Source of the DNA: an uncultured bacterium
GTDB taxonomy: Bacteria; Abyssobacteria; SURF-5
Direction of reading: 5' to 3'
NCBI GenBank assembly: GCA_964607485.1
Contig: CAZSKP010000043.1
Span: forward strand, 1-35,973
Length of the DNA: 35,973 nt
Part shown: piece after piece, positions 1-9,444 of the stretch
How the letters are laid out: each line of letters opens with the position of its first letter
How positions within the stretch are numbered: position 1 is the stretch's first letter
Translations under genes and position numbers: made by a program
Notes under the pieces: model-generated
Databases searched by the model: none
Seen by the model: only the letters and a program-made list of their open reading frames with translations
Told to the model about the DNA's origin: nothing

Positions 1-2
1 AG

Positions 3-482
3 AAGAGCTTCGGTATAGATATAAACATGGACTTTCTGATGAAGCTAAAATCTAGAAGACCCGACTTCTTTGTCATTCGCGGAGACGGGTATGATCTTCC
101 CTTGATGGATAGCAGCGTCGACTGCATAGTGAACATCTACAATCTTGAGCACATGGTTTACTTGGACCTGGCACTAGAGGAAATGGCCCGCGTGCTGAAG
201 GACGACGGCGACGCTTTTATCAGCGTTCCCAACGAGGGGGCATTGTTGTGGAGCTTCGGCCGGCGATTAACCAGCATAAGGCATTTTCAGGACATAGACT
301 TTGATTATAGGAGAGCCGTTGAGCTGGAGCACGTCAATTGCATCTGGCAGTTGGATAAAGCGTTTAAGAGACATTTCGAAATAAAGAAGCGTGAATGTTT
401 TCCATTTTTCATTTCAACATTCCATTTCAACCTCGTGTCAACATATCACTGCGTTAAGAGGAAACAAAAATATGCGACTTGA
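3..482 (+). CDS. Class I SAM-dependent methyltransferase (type 11-like), 5'-truncated by the window edge
   Basis: Frame is open from the window start (KSFGIDINMDF...). Motifs GID, 'GDGYDLPLMDSSVDCIVNIYNLEH' and 'LEEMARVLKDDG' are present; the GxGxG motif I would lie upstream of the window. Confidence 0.85.
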   Translation, partial: KSFGIDINMDFLMKLKSRRPDFFVIRGDGYDLPLMDSSVDCIVNIYNLEHMVYLDLALEEMARVLKDDGDAFISVPNEGALLWSFGRRLTSIRHFQDIDFDYRRAVELEHVNCIWQLDKAFKRHFEIKKRECFPFFISTFHFNLVSTYHCVKRKQKYAT

Positions 483-606
483 GGTCTGCATGCTGGTGGT
501 CATCCCCGATGCGGTTTTCGACCGACAATTTCTTACACCAAATAGAATTTCGAACTAAAGATAGGAATCCGATAGTTTCTTCCTTTCGCTCAAAAGGGAA
601 CTTGGT

Positions 607-3000
607 GTGCAAATAGACCGAAAGTGGCTTATTTATTCCACACTGACTACCATTTCCGTTTGCTATGCGTATCTGCTGTTCCGTATTCCCATCGAGATTC
701 TTAACATCACAGATTTCATGCTGAAGTTCTGCCTAGGGAACGCCCTTTTCTGCACTGCCGGGTTTCTGACCGGGTCATTCTTTGAAGAGCGCAAAGGACC
801 GATACTGCGCAAGGTGGCCGGCATTGTAGTCATTTTGAGCATAGGCTTATTTCTCTTCACTACCAGCGTAAACCTTTCGGGGATGAGCAGGAACCTTTAC
901 ATAACGTTCTTCGTACTGTTGTTTTCTGCCTGCTTTGCGGTTTTCTTTGTTGTCGACTCAAAAGCTGGGCTCGTCAGTTCCCTGGCATCTATGCTTCGCT
1001 CAAACAAGACGTCGGCGGTTGTCGGTTTTGTTGCGGGCCTCGCGACCCTTGCCGTGGCGATAAAGCTCTTGAAGCTCATCAAACCTTTCCTTGCTGAATC
1101 GAGCATCTTCATTACAGCGCTCCCCTACCTGCGCAGATCGACCGTGTTCGTGATCTTCTTCTTTGTCATAGGCCTCTTCCTTTACGCGATGGACAAGAGA
1201 ACAGCTCTTCATGGGCGGATGACGGCATGGCTTTCCAGCGTTTCAAATCGTAGGTTTGTCGTCTTGCTTGCAGTCTTAGCGGTCGTTTCCTTGCCCGGCA
1301 TTCTCAGGCAGGTCATTACTTACTGGGACATGTCGGGTTTTCACGACTCGTATGCCTACGATTTCTGGGCTATGGAAATAGCGAGAGGAACTCATCCAGA
1401 GGGCAGTTCGTACTATATGCCCTTTTACATATATGGGTTGGCGTTCATATACTACGTGTTCGGTCATTTCTTTTATGTCCAGCAGATTGTGAATATACTG
1501 CTCTACGTGGCCATGACCGTTCTTCTGGGTTTGAGCGCGTGGAACGTGTTCAGGAACATATGGGCTGTGCTGTTGCTTGGTTTGTGGGGAGCCTTGAATC
1601 CTTATTTTTACCAGTTTATTACGCATACCCAAATAGAGAGCTGGTACGTACCACTAAGTGTGCTAGCGGTGTACATGTGGTCTCTCTATTGGAGGAATCC
1701 GACGACGAAGCACATTTTGCTGCTTGGCATCTCTATTGCCCTTTGCATCAACACAAGGACACAAGAGGCTTTCTATTTTGCTCTGCTTTTCTTGACGCCG
1801 TTTTTCATAAAAGGTATCCATAACAAGGAACGGGTTATCCATACTGTTGCAGCGGGATTAGTCGTCGGCGTGTCACTGATCCCTTGGTCTTTAAGAAACT
1901 ATATTGTGGAGGGACGATTTTCTCCTTCGAGTGAGCAAAGCATCATCCAGTTGGCTATAATCAATGACAAAAGAATCGGTTTCTACGGAGTTCGTTATTA
2001 CGACCGAGGGGCTGGATATTGGAATATTCACAGGGAGTATTACCAGAAATATCCCGACAAGGAAGAACGATATCGGGCAATGAGCGAGTTCGCAAGGAAG
2101 CGTTTGTTAAGCGACCCGGAATGGCGCCTGAAAGCGGTCTATTGGCGAAGCCTCGCATTCTTCGGAATTCTGCCGCCCGGCGTAATGGCTTCAGACGGGC
2201 CAAGGCCGACCAATTGGAGGACTGAAGGTCCGGCGTACATACAAGGAAGATTGCTATTTTTTATGCTTTTGGGATTACCCTTGCTGGGATTTCTGGCCCG
2301 CCCAGGGAGAGTCAGCCTGTTCCTTGTATTGAGCATTTTGGCAAGCGCTTCGGTTGTATATTTCGCCTATGGCAATGAGGCCAGGGCCTGTTTTCCGCTG
2401 ATGCCGCGCGAGATGCTTTTGGCCTTGTGTGTCTTGTTTGAGCCCTTCCCTGATTCGCTGCCGGATGCGTTCAACAAAGAAAAACTCCTTCCTGAAAAAC
2501 TGGTCAAGTGTACTATGACGGGGATTGTATTTCTTCCCGTTTTCCTGATATTCAGCTTCTACACGATTGGAAAAAGGAATCTGGACGCTCCGTTCCGCGA
2601 AAAAGGCATCTCAATAGACAGAGGGCTTAAACTAGACGCGGATCTGCCCTTGCTTAACGACTATTACAGAAAGAACGCGGCTGATTCTCGTCCAAAATTT
2701 CATTCAGGACAAAAAGTATTGTATGAAGCCACAATAACCAACTATCAGTATCCGCCAAAAAGGTTCAAGAGAACCGACCTGCCAAGATTCTCCTACGCCA
2801 TTCCGGGGGAAACGTATTACTGGACACATCCCTTGGAAGGAGGTACGGCCAGTGTCTCATTCTTGGGGGCTGCGGTCAGCTCAGAACTAAGGGAGAACGA
2901 TGAAGTGCAAATTGAAGCCGAGGTGCTGCTACCTCCCGATCAAAACGAAAGAGGCATCTTCTGGCTGAAGGCGGAAAAGGTGCAATTGCTCAAGAAATAG
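607..3000 (+). CDS. Multi-pass membrane protein, GT-C-fold (GT39/ArnT/PMT-like) glycosyltransferase with extra N-terminal helices and a C-terminal soluble domain
   Basis: 797 aa, GTG start, many hydrophobic segments. Acidic loop 'FHDSYAYDFWAMEIARG...YYMPFYIYGLAFIYYVFG' and 'IPWSLRNYIVEGRF' are typical of PMT/ArnT-like proteins; lies in a glycan locus. Confidence 0.65.
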   Translation: MQIDRKWLIYSTLTTISVCYAYLLFRIPIEILNITDFMLKFCLGNALFCTAGFLTGSFFEERKGPILRKVAGIVVILSIGLFLFTTSVNLSGMSRNLYITFFVLLFSACFAVFFVVDSKAGLVSSLASMLRSNKTSAVVGFVAGLATLAVAIKLLKLIKPFLAESSIFITALPYLRRSTVFVIFFFVIGLFLYAMDKRTALHGRMTAWLSSVSNRRFVVLLAVLAVVSLPGILRQVITYWDMSGFHDSYAYDFWAMEIARGTHPEGSSYYMPFYIYGLAFIYYVFGHFFYVQQIVNILLYVAMTVLLGLSAWNVFRNIWAVLLLGLWGALNPYFYQFITHTQIESWYVPLSVLAVYMWSLYWRNPTTKHILLLGISIALCINTRTQEAFYFALLFLTPFFIKGIHNKERVIHTVAAGLVVGVSLIPWSLRNYIVEGRFSPSSEQSIIQLAIINDKRIGFYGVRYYDRGAGYWNIHREYYQKYPDKEERYRAMSEFARKRLLSDPEWRLKAVYWRSLAFFGILPPGVMASDGPRPTNWRTEGPAYIQGRLLFFMLLGLPLLGFLARPGRVSLFLVLSILASASVVYFAYGNEARACFPLMPREMLLALCVLFEPFPDSLPDAFNKEKLLPEKLVKCTMTGIVFLPVFLIFSFYTIGKRNLDAPFREKGISIDRGLKLDADLPLLNDYYRKNAADSRPKFHSGQKVLYEATITNYQYPPKRFKRTDLPRFSYAIPGETYYWTHPLEGGTASVSFLGAAVSSELRENDEVQIEAEVLLPPDQNERGIFWLKAEKVQLLKK

Positions 3001-3075
3001 CAAAATGGAGCCCTCTGGCCTCTATGACGGGCTTAACCGAGCTGAGCGGACAAAAGAGGCGGACACATTCCGAAG

Positions 3076-3960
3076 ATGATTCTGAGAAAAGCAAGAGAAA
3101 AGCTCATCATCTTGAGAGAAGAAAGGCGAGAGGCGGCGGCAAGGCGGATTCTGAGCGATTTGACGCCGTTTAAGGATCTCCATAAGGGCCGCCGGTGCTT
3201 CATCATGGGCAATGGGCCGAGCCTGAACAAGATGGACTTGGAATTGCTTAAGGACGATATCGTCTTCGGGATGAACTCGTGCTTCCTCCTGTTCGATCGC
3301 ATCTCCTGGAGGCCCAAGTACTGGGTTTGCATCGACACACAAGTGATTCCGGACCGGGCGAGGGCCTTCCGCAAAATGCACGAGGAGTGTCCGGAGATGG
3401 TGATGTTCCTGCCCAACCTGCTGGTCGAGCACCAGCCCGGAGGGGACATAACGCTGACCACCAAATTCGTGCCGCAGGGAAAGAACCGTCACTTCTTCAG
3501 GCAGAAACCTCACTCCGAGCCGCTCCCGTGCGGCGCGTTCTCCGAGGATATCAACGATTACGTTGTCACCGCCTACACCGTTTCAATAACCGCCCTGCAA
3601 ATAGCGTATTACATGGGCTTCGACCCCGCGTATCTGATCGGATGCGACACATCCTACGCGGTCCTCGATTCCGTGAAGCGAGAGGGCGCGAAAGTTTCGA
3701 TAGGTCGGCCGGGCACCGACGAAGCCCGGAAACAAATGGAAGCGTTCCTCACATCGACAAGAGACGACGACCCGAACCACTTCGACCCTCGATACTTCGG
3801 CAAAGGCCGAAAATGGCACGCACCGTGCCCCGATAAGATGATCTGGCATTACGAGCAGGTTGCGGCCTTTGCGAAGAAGCGCGGCTGGACCGTCAAAAAC
3901 GCCACCGTCGAAGGCGCGCTCGAGGTGTTCGAGAGGGTTCAATTCGAATCGCTCTTCTAA
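3076..3960 (+). CDS. DUF115 / MptE-like (Maf-like) protein, putative CMP-ulosonate transferase
   Basis: Hallmarks 'KDLHKGRRCFIMGNGPSL', 'VFGMN', 'PKYWVCID', 'LQIAYYMGFDPAYLIGCD', 'NHFDPRYFG', 'VKNATVEGALEVFERV'; in an operon with a NeuA-like enzyme. Confidence 0.8.
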   Translation: MILRKAREKLIILREERREAAARRILSDLTPFKDLHKGRRCFIMGNGPSLNKMDLELLKDDIVFGMNSCFLLFDRISWRPKYWVCIDTQVIPDRARAFRKMHEECPEMVMFLPNLLVEHQPGGDITLTTKFVPQGKNRHFFRQKPHSEPLPCGAFSEDINDYVVTAYTVSITALQIAYYMGFDPAYLIGCDTSYAVLDSVKREGAKVSIGRPGTDEARKQMEAFLTSTRDDDPNHFDPRYFGKGRKWHAPCPDKMIWHYEQVAAFAKKRGWTVKNATVEGALEVFERVQFESLF

Positions 3961-4040
3961 TGGATAGACCGATGTGGACATAATCGAGTTCTCTTGCCTG
4001 AGGTCGTTTCCAAGAAGGCAAGAAGCAGGATGATGGCGAC

Positions 4041-4349
4041 GTGCCGACCCTGCCGGAAATAATTATAGCGTCCGATTTCGATGCGCTGAATCGCCGCATC
4101 GCAGATGATTTCTGCGTCGTGTTTCGGTCCTCTGTCGCCAAGCGGGGGGTTTTCAATGTGGCATTGACCGGCGGTTCGACACCGCGGTCTCTGTACCGGA
4201 TGCTGGCGCGGCCCGGGATATCCGAAGAGGTAGATTGGGAGGCTGTGCGAATATTCTTTGGAGACGAGCGATGTGTGCCGCCCGATGTTCTCGGCGCATT
4301 AGAATGCGAACGGCCGAAGGCGGCGCTTGAAAGGGGAAAGAGCATTTGA
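4041..4349 (+). pseudogene. pgl: Truncated 6-phosphogluconolactonase (N-terminal ~80 aa only)
   Basis: 'FNVALTGGSTPRSLYRML...VDWEAVRIFFGDERCVPPD' is the Pgl/DevB N-terminus. Similarity stops after DERCVPPD and the ORF ends at 102 aa, overlapping the next start; full-length Pgl is about 240 aa. Confidence 0.75.
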
Positions 4350-5020
4350 ACGTTACGGCGCTGATTCCCATGAAGGGCCACAGCGAGAGGGTGCCGAACA
4401 AGAACCTGCGCGAGTTCTGCGGCAAGCCGCTCTGCCACTGGATCATCGAATCCCTCCATCGCAGCAAGTATGTCGACCGGATCGTCGTGGATACTGACAG
4501 CGACGCCATAGCCGATGAGGTCACACGGAGCTTTGATGTCAAGATAATCGAAAGACCCGAAGCCCTGCGGGGAGATGCGGTCTCCGTCAACAGACTAATC
4601 GGACACGACATCTCCCTCGCCGACGCAGATTTCTATGTTCAGACGCATTGCACGAATCCCCTCCTTAAGCCGGAGACAATCGACAGGGCGTTCGAATTGC
4701 TCCTGGAACGCAAGCAGAACGATTCCCTCTTTTCTGTTACGCGCGTATATAAGCGTTTCTATTGGGAAGACGGCCGCGCAGTCAACCACAACCCGGGCGA
4801 ACTGCTGCGCACGCAAGATCTTCCTCCAATCTATGAAGAAAACTCGAACATGTACTTCTTCTCAAAGGAAAGCTTCAAGAAGAGGAACCTGCGGATAGGA
4901 GAATCCCCGGTGATGTTCGAGATGGATCCGATCGAAGCATGGGACATAGACGACGCCGACGACTTCGTTATCGCAGAACTCCTGATGAAAATGCGGCTTG
5001 AACGCAAGGGGGCACAATGA
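4346..5020 (+). CDS. Acylneuraminate cytidylyltransferase family protein (NeuA/CMP-ulosonate synthetase-like)
   Basis: TTG start after purine-rich AAGGGGAAAG. Motifs 'ALIPMKGHSERVPNKN', 'VVDTDS', 'ERPEALRGD', 'THCTNPLL', 'LRTQDLPPIYEENS', 'WDIDDADDF'. Confidence 0.92.
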   Translation: MNVTALIPMKGHSERVPNKNLREFCGKPLCHWIIESLHRSKYVDRIVVDTDSDAIADEVTRSFDVKIIERPEALRGDAVSVNRLIGHDISLADADFYVQTHCTNPLLKPETIDRAFELLLERKQNDSLFSVTRVYKRFYWEDGRAVNHNPGELLRTQDLPPIYEENSNMYFFSKESFKKRNLRIGESPVMFEMDPIEAWDIDDADDFVIAELLMKMRLERKGAQ

Positions 5021-5799
5021 ATGGAAGCCCGACGGGCCTCAAGCGGAAGTTGACTGAGCGGGAGCTGACAATCGGTTCGTGGATTACGCTGGGGCATCCT
5101 TCCATAGCCGAGATCATGGTCCAAGCCGGTTTCGACTGGCTTGTCATCGACCTCGAGCACAGCGTGATCAGCCTTGGCGAGGCGCAGACCCTCATGCAGG
5201 TCGTTTCGCTCGGCGGTTGCGTGCCGCTCGCTCGAATGGCAGGCAACGACCCCAACCAGATCAAGAGGATCATGGACGCCGGCGCCCATGGCGTCATCGT
5301 GCCGATGGTAAACACGCGGGAACAGGCCGAGCGAGCGGTGAGCGCAGTGAAATATCCCCCTCAGGGGCGGCGCGGAGTAGGTCTCGCGCGCGCTCAAGGA
5401 TATGGAAACAATTTCGAGGAATACAAAGAGTGGCTGCGCAATGAGAGCATCGTCATAGTGCAAATCGAGCATATCGAGGCCGTCGAAAATCTGGAGAGTA
5501 TTCTGACCACGCCGGGCGTTGACGGATACATTATAGGGCCGTACGACCTTTCCGGATCGCTCGGAGTTCCCGGTCAGTTCGATCATCCCGACGTCGCCAA
5601 GGCACTGGAACTGGTCAGGGCCGTGAGCCGAGACTTGAACGCGCTGTCGGGCTTTCACGTGGTCCAGCCCGACCCGGCGCAGGTCAGCAAAAAAATCGAA
5701 GAGGGGTACCGGTTTATCGCATTTGGTCTGGACATCCTGTTTCTCGGAAACGGCTGCCGGGAAGGTCTGAAAATCATCAGAGACAAGCTTGACCGGTAG
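5017..5799 (+). CDS. HpcH/HpaI (GarL/RhmA-like) class II pyruvate aldolase
   Basis: 'GFDWLVIDLEHS', catalytic Arg in 'PLARM', 'DAGAHGVIVPMV', 'YPPQGRRGVG', metal ligands in 'VQIE' and 'IGPYDLSGSLG'. ATGA overlap with the upstream gene. Confidence 0.93.
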   Translation: MNGSPTGLKRKLTERELTIGSWITLGHPSIAEIMVQAGFDWLVIDLEHSVISLGEAQTLMQVVSLGGCVPLARMAGNDPNQIKRIMDAGAHGVIVPMVNTREQAERAVSAVKYPPQGRRGVGLARAQGYGNNFEEYKEWLRNESIVIVQIEHIEAVENLESILTTPGVDGYIIGPYDLSGSLGVPGQFDHPDVAKALELVRAVSRDLNALSGFHVVQPDPAQVSKKIEEGYRFIAFGLDILFLGNGCREGLKIIRDKLDR

Positions 5800-5845
5800 G
5801 CGGGCACACAAAAATCCTCTGTCCGATAGGAGATTTGGGCAACAC

Positions 5846-6766
5846 ATGAGTAACATTCTGATAACCACATCCTCCTTCGGCGAACACGACGCAGCAGGCA
5901 TGGAAGAATTGCGTAAACGGGGCTTTTCCGTTACGCTTAATCCCCATCGCCGCAGGCTCACCGAAGAGGAAGTCTTGGAACTGATCGAAAGGTCGCTTCC
6001 CGTCGGGATGATAGCCGGGCTTGAGCCTCTGACCGAGCGGGTGTTGAAAAAGGCCAAAGGGCTGAAGGCCATATCGCGCCTCGGAGTCGGGATGGACAAT
6101 GTGGACCTTGCCGCAGCCCGTGCGCTCAATATTGCAGTCACCAATACGCCCGACGCGCCCTCCCGCGCCGTCGCCGAACTGGCGATCGGATTGATGCTTG
6201 CATGTCTGAGAAAGATTCCCGCGAGCGACGCGGCAGTTCGCGGCGGCCAATGGAAGCGCGCGGAGGGGCGCCTGCTTGGCGAGCAGACCGTGGGCATTAT
6301 CGGATGCGGCAGGATTGGAACCGCCGTTGCGCACATCCTGCGCGGCTTCGGTTCAAGAGTCATCGGGTTTGATCCGTACCGGAAGGAAGACGCAAACATC
6401 CGTCTCGTCGACTGGGAGACGCTTCTCGCCGAATCTGATATCATAACGCTGCATGTTCCCCTCAGTGACGAAACGAGAGGCATCATAGGCGCGGAGGCGC
6501 TTGAAAAGATGAAAGAGAAAGCGATAATAGTGAACACCTCGCGCGGAGGAATAGTGGACGAAAAAGCGCTGTACAACGCCGTAAGCGAAGGACGCGTCGG
6601 CGGCGCATGCCTGGACTGCCTTGAGGAAGAGCCATACTCCGGCGAACTGAGGTCGCTTCCGACGGTGATTTGCACGCCGCACATAGGATCTTATACAATT
6701 GAAACCAGGATAAGAATGGAACGGGAAGCCGTGGGGAATCTGTTGTCGGCATTGAGTGAGGTTTAA
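5846..6766 (+). CDS. D-2-hydroxyacid dehydrogenase (phosphoglycerate dehydrogenase-like, no ACT domain)
   Basis: Start moved to ATG 5846 (AGGAG upstream). Motifs 'ISRLGVGMDNVD', 'AVAELAIGL', 'GIIGCGRIG', 'VNTSRG', 'EEEP', 'TPHIG'. Confidence 0.9.
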   Translation: MSNILITTSSFGEHDAAGMEELRKRGFSVTLNPHRRRLTEEEVLELIERSLPVGMIAGLEPLTERVLKKAKGLKAISRLGVGMDNVDLAAARALNIAVTNTPDAPSRAVAELAIGLMLACLRKIPASDAAVRGGQWKRAEGRLLGEQTVGIIGCGRIGTAVAHILRGFGSRVIGFDPYRKEDANIRLVDWETLLAESDIITLHVPLSDETRGIIGAEALEKMKEKAIIVNTSRGGIVDEKALYNAVSEGRVGGACLDCLEEEPYSGELRSLPTVICTPHIGSYTIETRIRMEREAVGNLLSALSEV

Positions 6767-6767
6767 A

Positions 6768-7712
6768 GTGAAAATAATTATTTTTGGGGGCGCCGGTTTT
6801 CTCGGCAGTCACGTAGCCGACACCTTGAGCTCGCGAGGGCACGAGGTGGTTGTGTTCGACGTGCGCCCTTCTCCCTGCCTATCGCCGGGACAGAAGATGA
6901 TAGTCGGGGACATTCTCGACGAAGGCCTTGTGAGAAAATCCGTTTCCGGCTGCGATGTCGTTTACAACTTCGCCGGCATTGCGGACATTGACGAATGCGT
7001 GACGCGGGCGATCGATGCGGTGAAATACAACATTCTCGGCAACACGATTGTGCTCGAGTCCGCTCGCGAGGCAAATGTCAAACGCTTTGTGTTTGCGAGT
7101 TCCGTCTACGTCTTCAGCGGCGCCGGAGCCATATATCGCAGCACCAAACAGGCGTGCGAGTTGTTCGTTGAAACATATAATCACGTCTACCACTTCCCAT
7201 ACACGATAGTGCGATACGGCTCCCTTTACGGCGAGCGCGCTGACATGAGAAACAGCATTCACAGACATATATACAACGCCCTGAGGAACAACAAGATCGT
7301 TTATCAGGGCGACGGCGAAGAGATCCGCGAATTCATTCACGTAAGAGACGCCGCAGAGCTCAGCGCCGAGATACTATCGCCCGAGTATGAGAATCAACAT
7401 GTGATTCTGACGGGGCAGCACGCGATGCAATACAAGGAACTTCTCTCGATGATCCGGGAGATGGTGGGGAGTCACGTCAAAATAGAATATCAGCCCGGAG
7501 CGAGCGAGACGCATTACAAGACGACCCCATACTCTTTCAACCCGAAGCTGGGCAAGAAGCTCGTGAACAATCCGTACATAGACCTGGGGCAGGGGCTCTT
7601 GGGGTGCATGAGGGAAATCCACGAAAAGATACATAGAGAGCAGCATGAGGAAATGGGCTTCCTCATCGAAAACAAGAAAGCGCCTCCATCGGGCGAGGAC
7701 GACGAGGCGTGA
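6768..7712 (+). CDS. NAD-dependent epimerase/dehydratase (extended SDR)
   Basis: GTG start at 6768 after GAGGT. Motifs 'IFGGAGFLGSH', 'FASS', catalytic YxxxK 'YRSTK', 'RYGSLYG', 'REFIHVRD'. Confidence 0.92.
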   Translation: MKIIIFGGAGFLGSHVADTLSSRGHEVVVFDVRPSPCLSPGQKMIVGDILDEGLVRKSVSGCDVVYNFAGIADIDECVTRAIDAVKYNILGNTIVLESAREANVKRFVFASSVYVFSGAGAIYRSTKQACELFVETYNHVYHFPYTIVRYGSLYGERADMRNSIHRHIYNALRNNKIVYQGDGEEIREFIHVRDAAELSAEILSPEYENQHVILTGQHAMQYKELLSMIREMVGSHVKIEYQPGASETHYKTTPYSFNPKLGKKLVNNPYIDLGQGLLGCMREIHEKIHREQHEEMGFLIENKKAPPSGEDDEA

Positions 7713-7788
7713 AGTCACATCCACCGGCCGACCGCGGCACAGGCCGTTTCTTTTCCCTTTCTTCTTCTCGGTAAACCAGAGGCAAGCG

Positions 7789-8430
7789 ATGATACGCATG
7801 GTCATATTTGACTTCGACGGAGTCCTGGTGGAGTCTGTGGATGTGAAGACACAGGCGTTTGCCAAATTATTTGAAAGCGAGGGACCCGAGATAGTCGAAA
7901 AGGTTGTCTCGTATCATCTCGATAATGGCGGCATGTCGAGGTACGAGAAGTTTCGATACTTCTATGATCACCTCTTGCGGCTCCCGCTGTCGGACGAGAA
8001 GCTCGAAGAACTGGGGCGACGATTCTCTAAGCTGGTGGTTTCCAGGGTGGTTCAAGCCTCCTGGGTCAGGGGGGCAAAGGAGTTCCTCGAGCGCCATCAC
8101 GCCGCGCTTGAGCTGTATGTGGTCACAGGAACGCCGAATGAAGAAATCGCCGAGATTGTGCGACGGCGACGGATGGAGCATTTCTTTAAGGGCGTCTTCG
8201 GCACTCCTCCCGAAAAGGAAGAACTTGTTCGCACGCTTGTGCGAAGCGCGGGTTTTGAGCTTGCCGAAATCGCGCTCGTGGGGGATTCGCCTCAGGATTT
8301 GTCGAGCGCGAAAGCCGCCGACATTCGCTTTATCGGCAGGATTGATTCCCCGGACTCCGTTCTGAACAAGTATGATGATATAACGAAAATTCCCGACCTG
8401 CGGAACCTGAGCGACGTCTTGGCTCTGTGA
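7789..8430 (+). CDS. HAD-family hydrolase (phosphatase)
   Basis: ATG 7789 after GAGG. Motif I 'VIFDFDGVLVES', motif II 'VVTG', a Lys in 'PPEK', motif IV 'VGDSPQD'. Confidence 0.9.
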   Translation: MIRMVIFDFDGVLVESVDVKTQAFAKLFESEGPEIVEKVVSYHLDNGGMSRYEKFRYFYDHLLRLPLSDEKLEELGRRFSKLVVSRVVQASWVRGAKEFLERHHAALELYVVTGTPNEEIAEIVRRRRMEHFFKGVFGTPPEKEELVRTLVRSAGFELAEIALVGDSPQDLSSAKAADIRFIGRIDSPDSVLNKYDDITKIPDLRNLSDVLAL

Positions 8431-8505
8431 TTTTCGCCGCGTCTCCCGTCCTTTCAGACATCCCCTGCGGGCAGCGCCGTCCTTACGGGCGAATTTTGCC
8501 GCCGG

Positions 8506-9369
8506 CTATATCCTCTGCAAGATGCGTTTGCTGTTGTATCTGATGTACAAGGCCCACTGGATCAGTTTGCGGAGAATCTGCTGCCCGCCGCTGAGCGGCG
8601 CGTCGGGCATTTTGCCCGAAACAAGAAAATGGGAATAGCTTTCCAGCCACTTCATGCTCACCTGTCCGAATTCCCTCTGCAGCATTGGAAAGACTTCCAT
8701 GTACATCTGTTTGCGGCGGCTTGTCGAGATTGAAGCGTCATGCAGCCGATAATTGGCCAGCAGCCTGTCAACGTAAACGATCCTCTTCTTCCTTCCAATT
8801 CTCAGCCAGAACTCAAAATCCATCGCAAAGCGATACGTCTCATCCAGGCCGCCGAATTCCTCGAAAACGCTCCTCCTCAAGAAGAGTGCCGGCTGGCAGA
8901 TGAAGCATTCGTGCCTGAACAGCTCGTACTCAAAATCCCTGGTTGGATATGGCGCGATGACCCTGTCGGCCTCATCCACAAAGTTGCCTCTTCCATAGAT
9001 GACGTCGGCATCGCCGCGCGCCGCGAAGCATTCGGCCACTTCGCTCAGAGCGCCCGGGACATATGTGTCATCGGAATTCAGCCACCCGACGATGTCGCCG
9101 CTCGATGAGCCGACGCCCTTGTTTATCGCATGAGATTGTCCTCGGTCGGGCTCGGATACCCATCGAATGCTGTCGCCGAAGCTCCTCAGAATTTCGATCG
9201 TGCTGTCCTTTGAACCTCCGTCTATTACCACGCATTCTTTGTTGGGATAATCCTGCTCGACCACGCTCGCTATGGTTCTTTCGATGTACTCGCCCTGATT
9301 GAGAGACGGGACGATCACCGAGATCGACGGAGACTTAGAGTTTTCGTCGTGAACGGGCTGGTCGCGCAT
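8506..9369 (-). CDS. Glycosyltransferase family 2 (WcaE/WfgS-like)
   Basis: 'ISVIVPSLNQGEYIERTIASV', 'IDGGSKD', 'SEPDRGQSHAINKG', 'WLNSDD', 'CQPA', 'AMDFEFWLR'. Confidence 0.93.
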   Translation of the reverse strand: MRDQPVHDENSKSPSISVIVPSLNQGEYIERTIASVVEQDYPNKECVVIDGGSKDSTIEILRSFGDSIRWVSEPDRGQSHAINKGVGSSSGDIVGWLNSDDTYVPGALSEVAECFAARGDADVIYGRGNFVDEADRVIAPYPTRDFEYELFRHECFICQPALFLRRSVFEEFGGLDETYRFAMDFEFWLRIGRKKRIVYVDRLLANYRLHDASISTSRRKQMYMEVFPMLQREFGQVSMKWLESYSHFLVSGKMPDAPLSGGQQILRKLIQWALYIRYNSKRILQRI

Positions 9370-9444
9370 ATATCTTCCATGTTGTCGGGGCGATAAGGTC
9401 CGACCCGCGTATCGGACAAGGCCGCGACGCGGCTAAGACAGAAA

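Noticed and set aside
4831-6684. 617-aa minus-strand ORF
   Set aside because: Antisense shadow of the aldolase and dehydrogenase genes; no recognisable motifs, and such ORFs are expected in GC-rich coding DNA.
7725-7768. Possible terminator before the HAD gene
   Set aside because: Only a 5-bp stem with a 12-nt loop before the pyrimidine tract; too weak to call.
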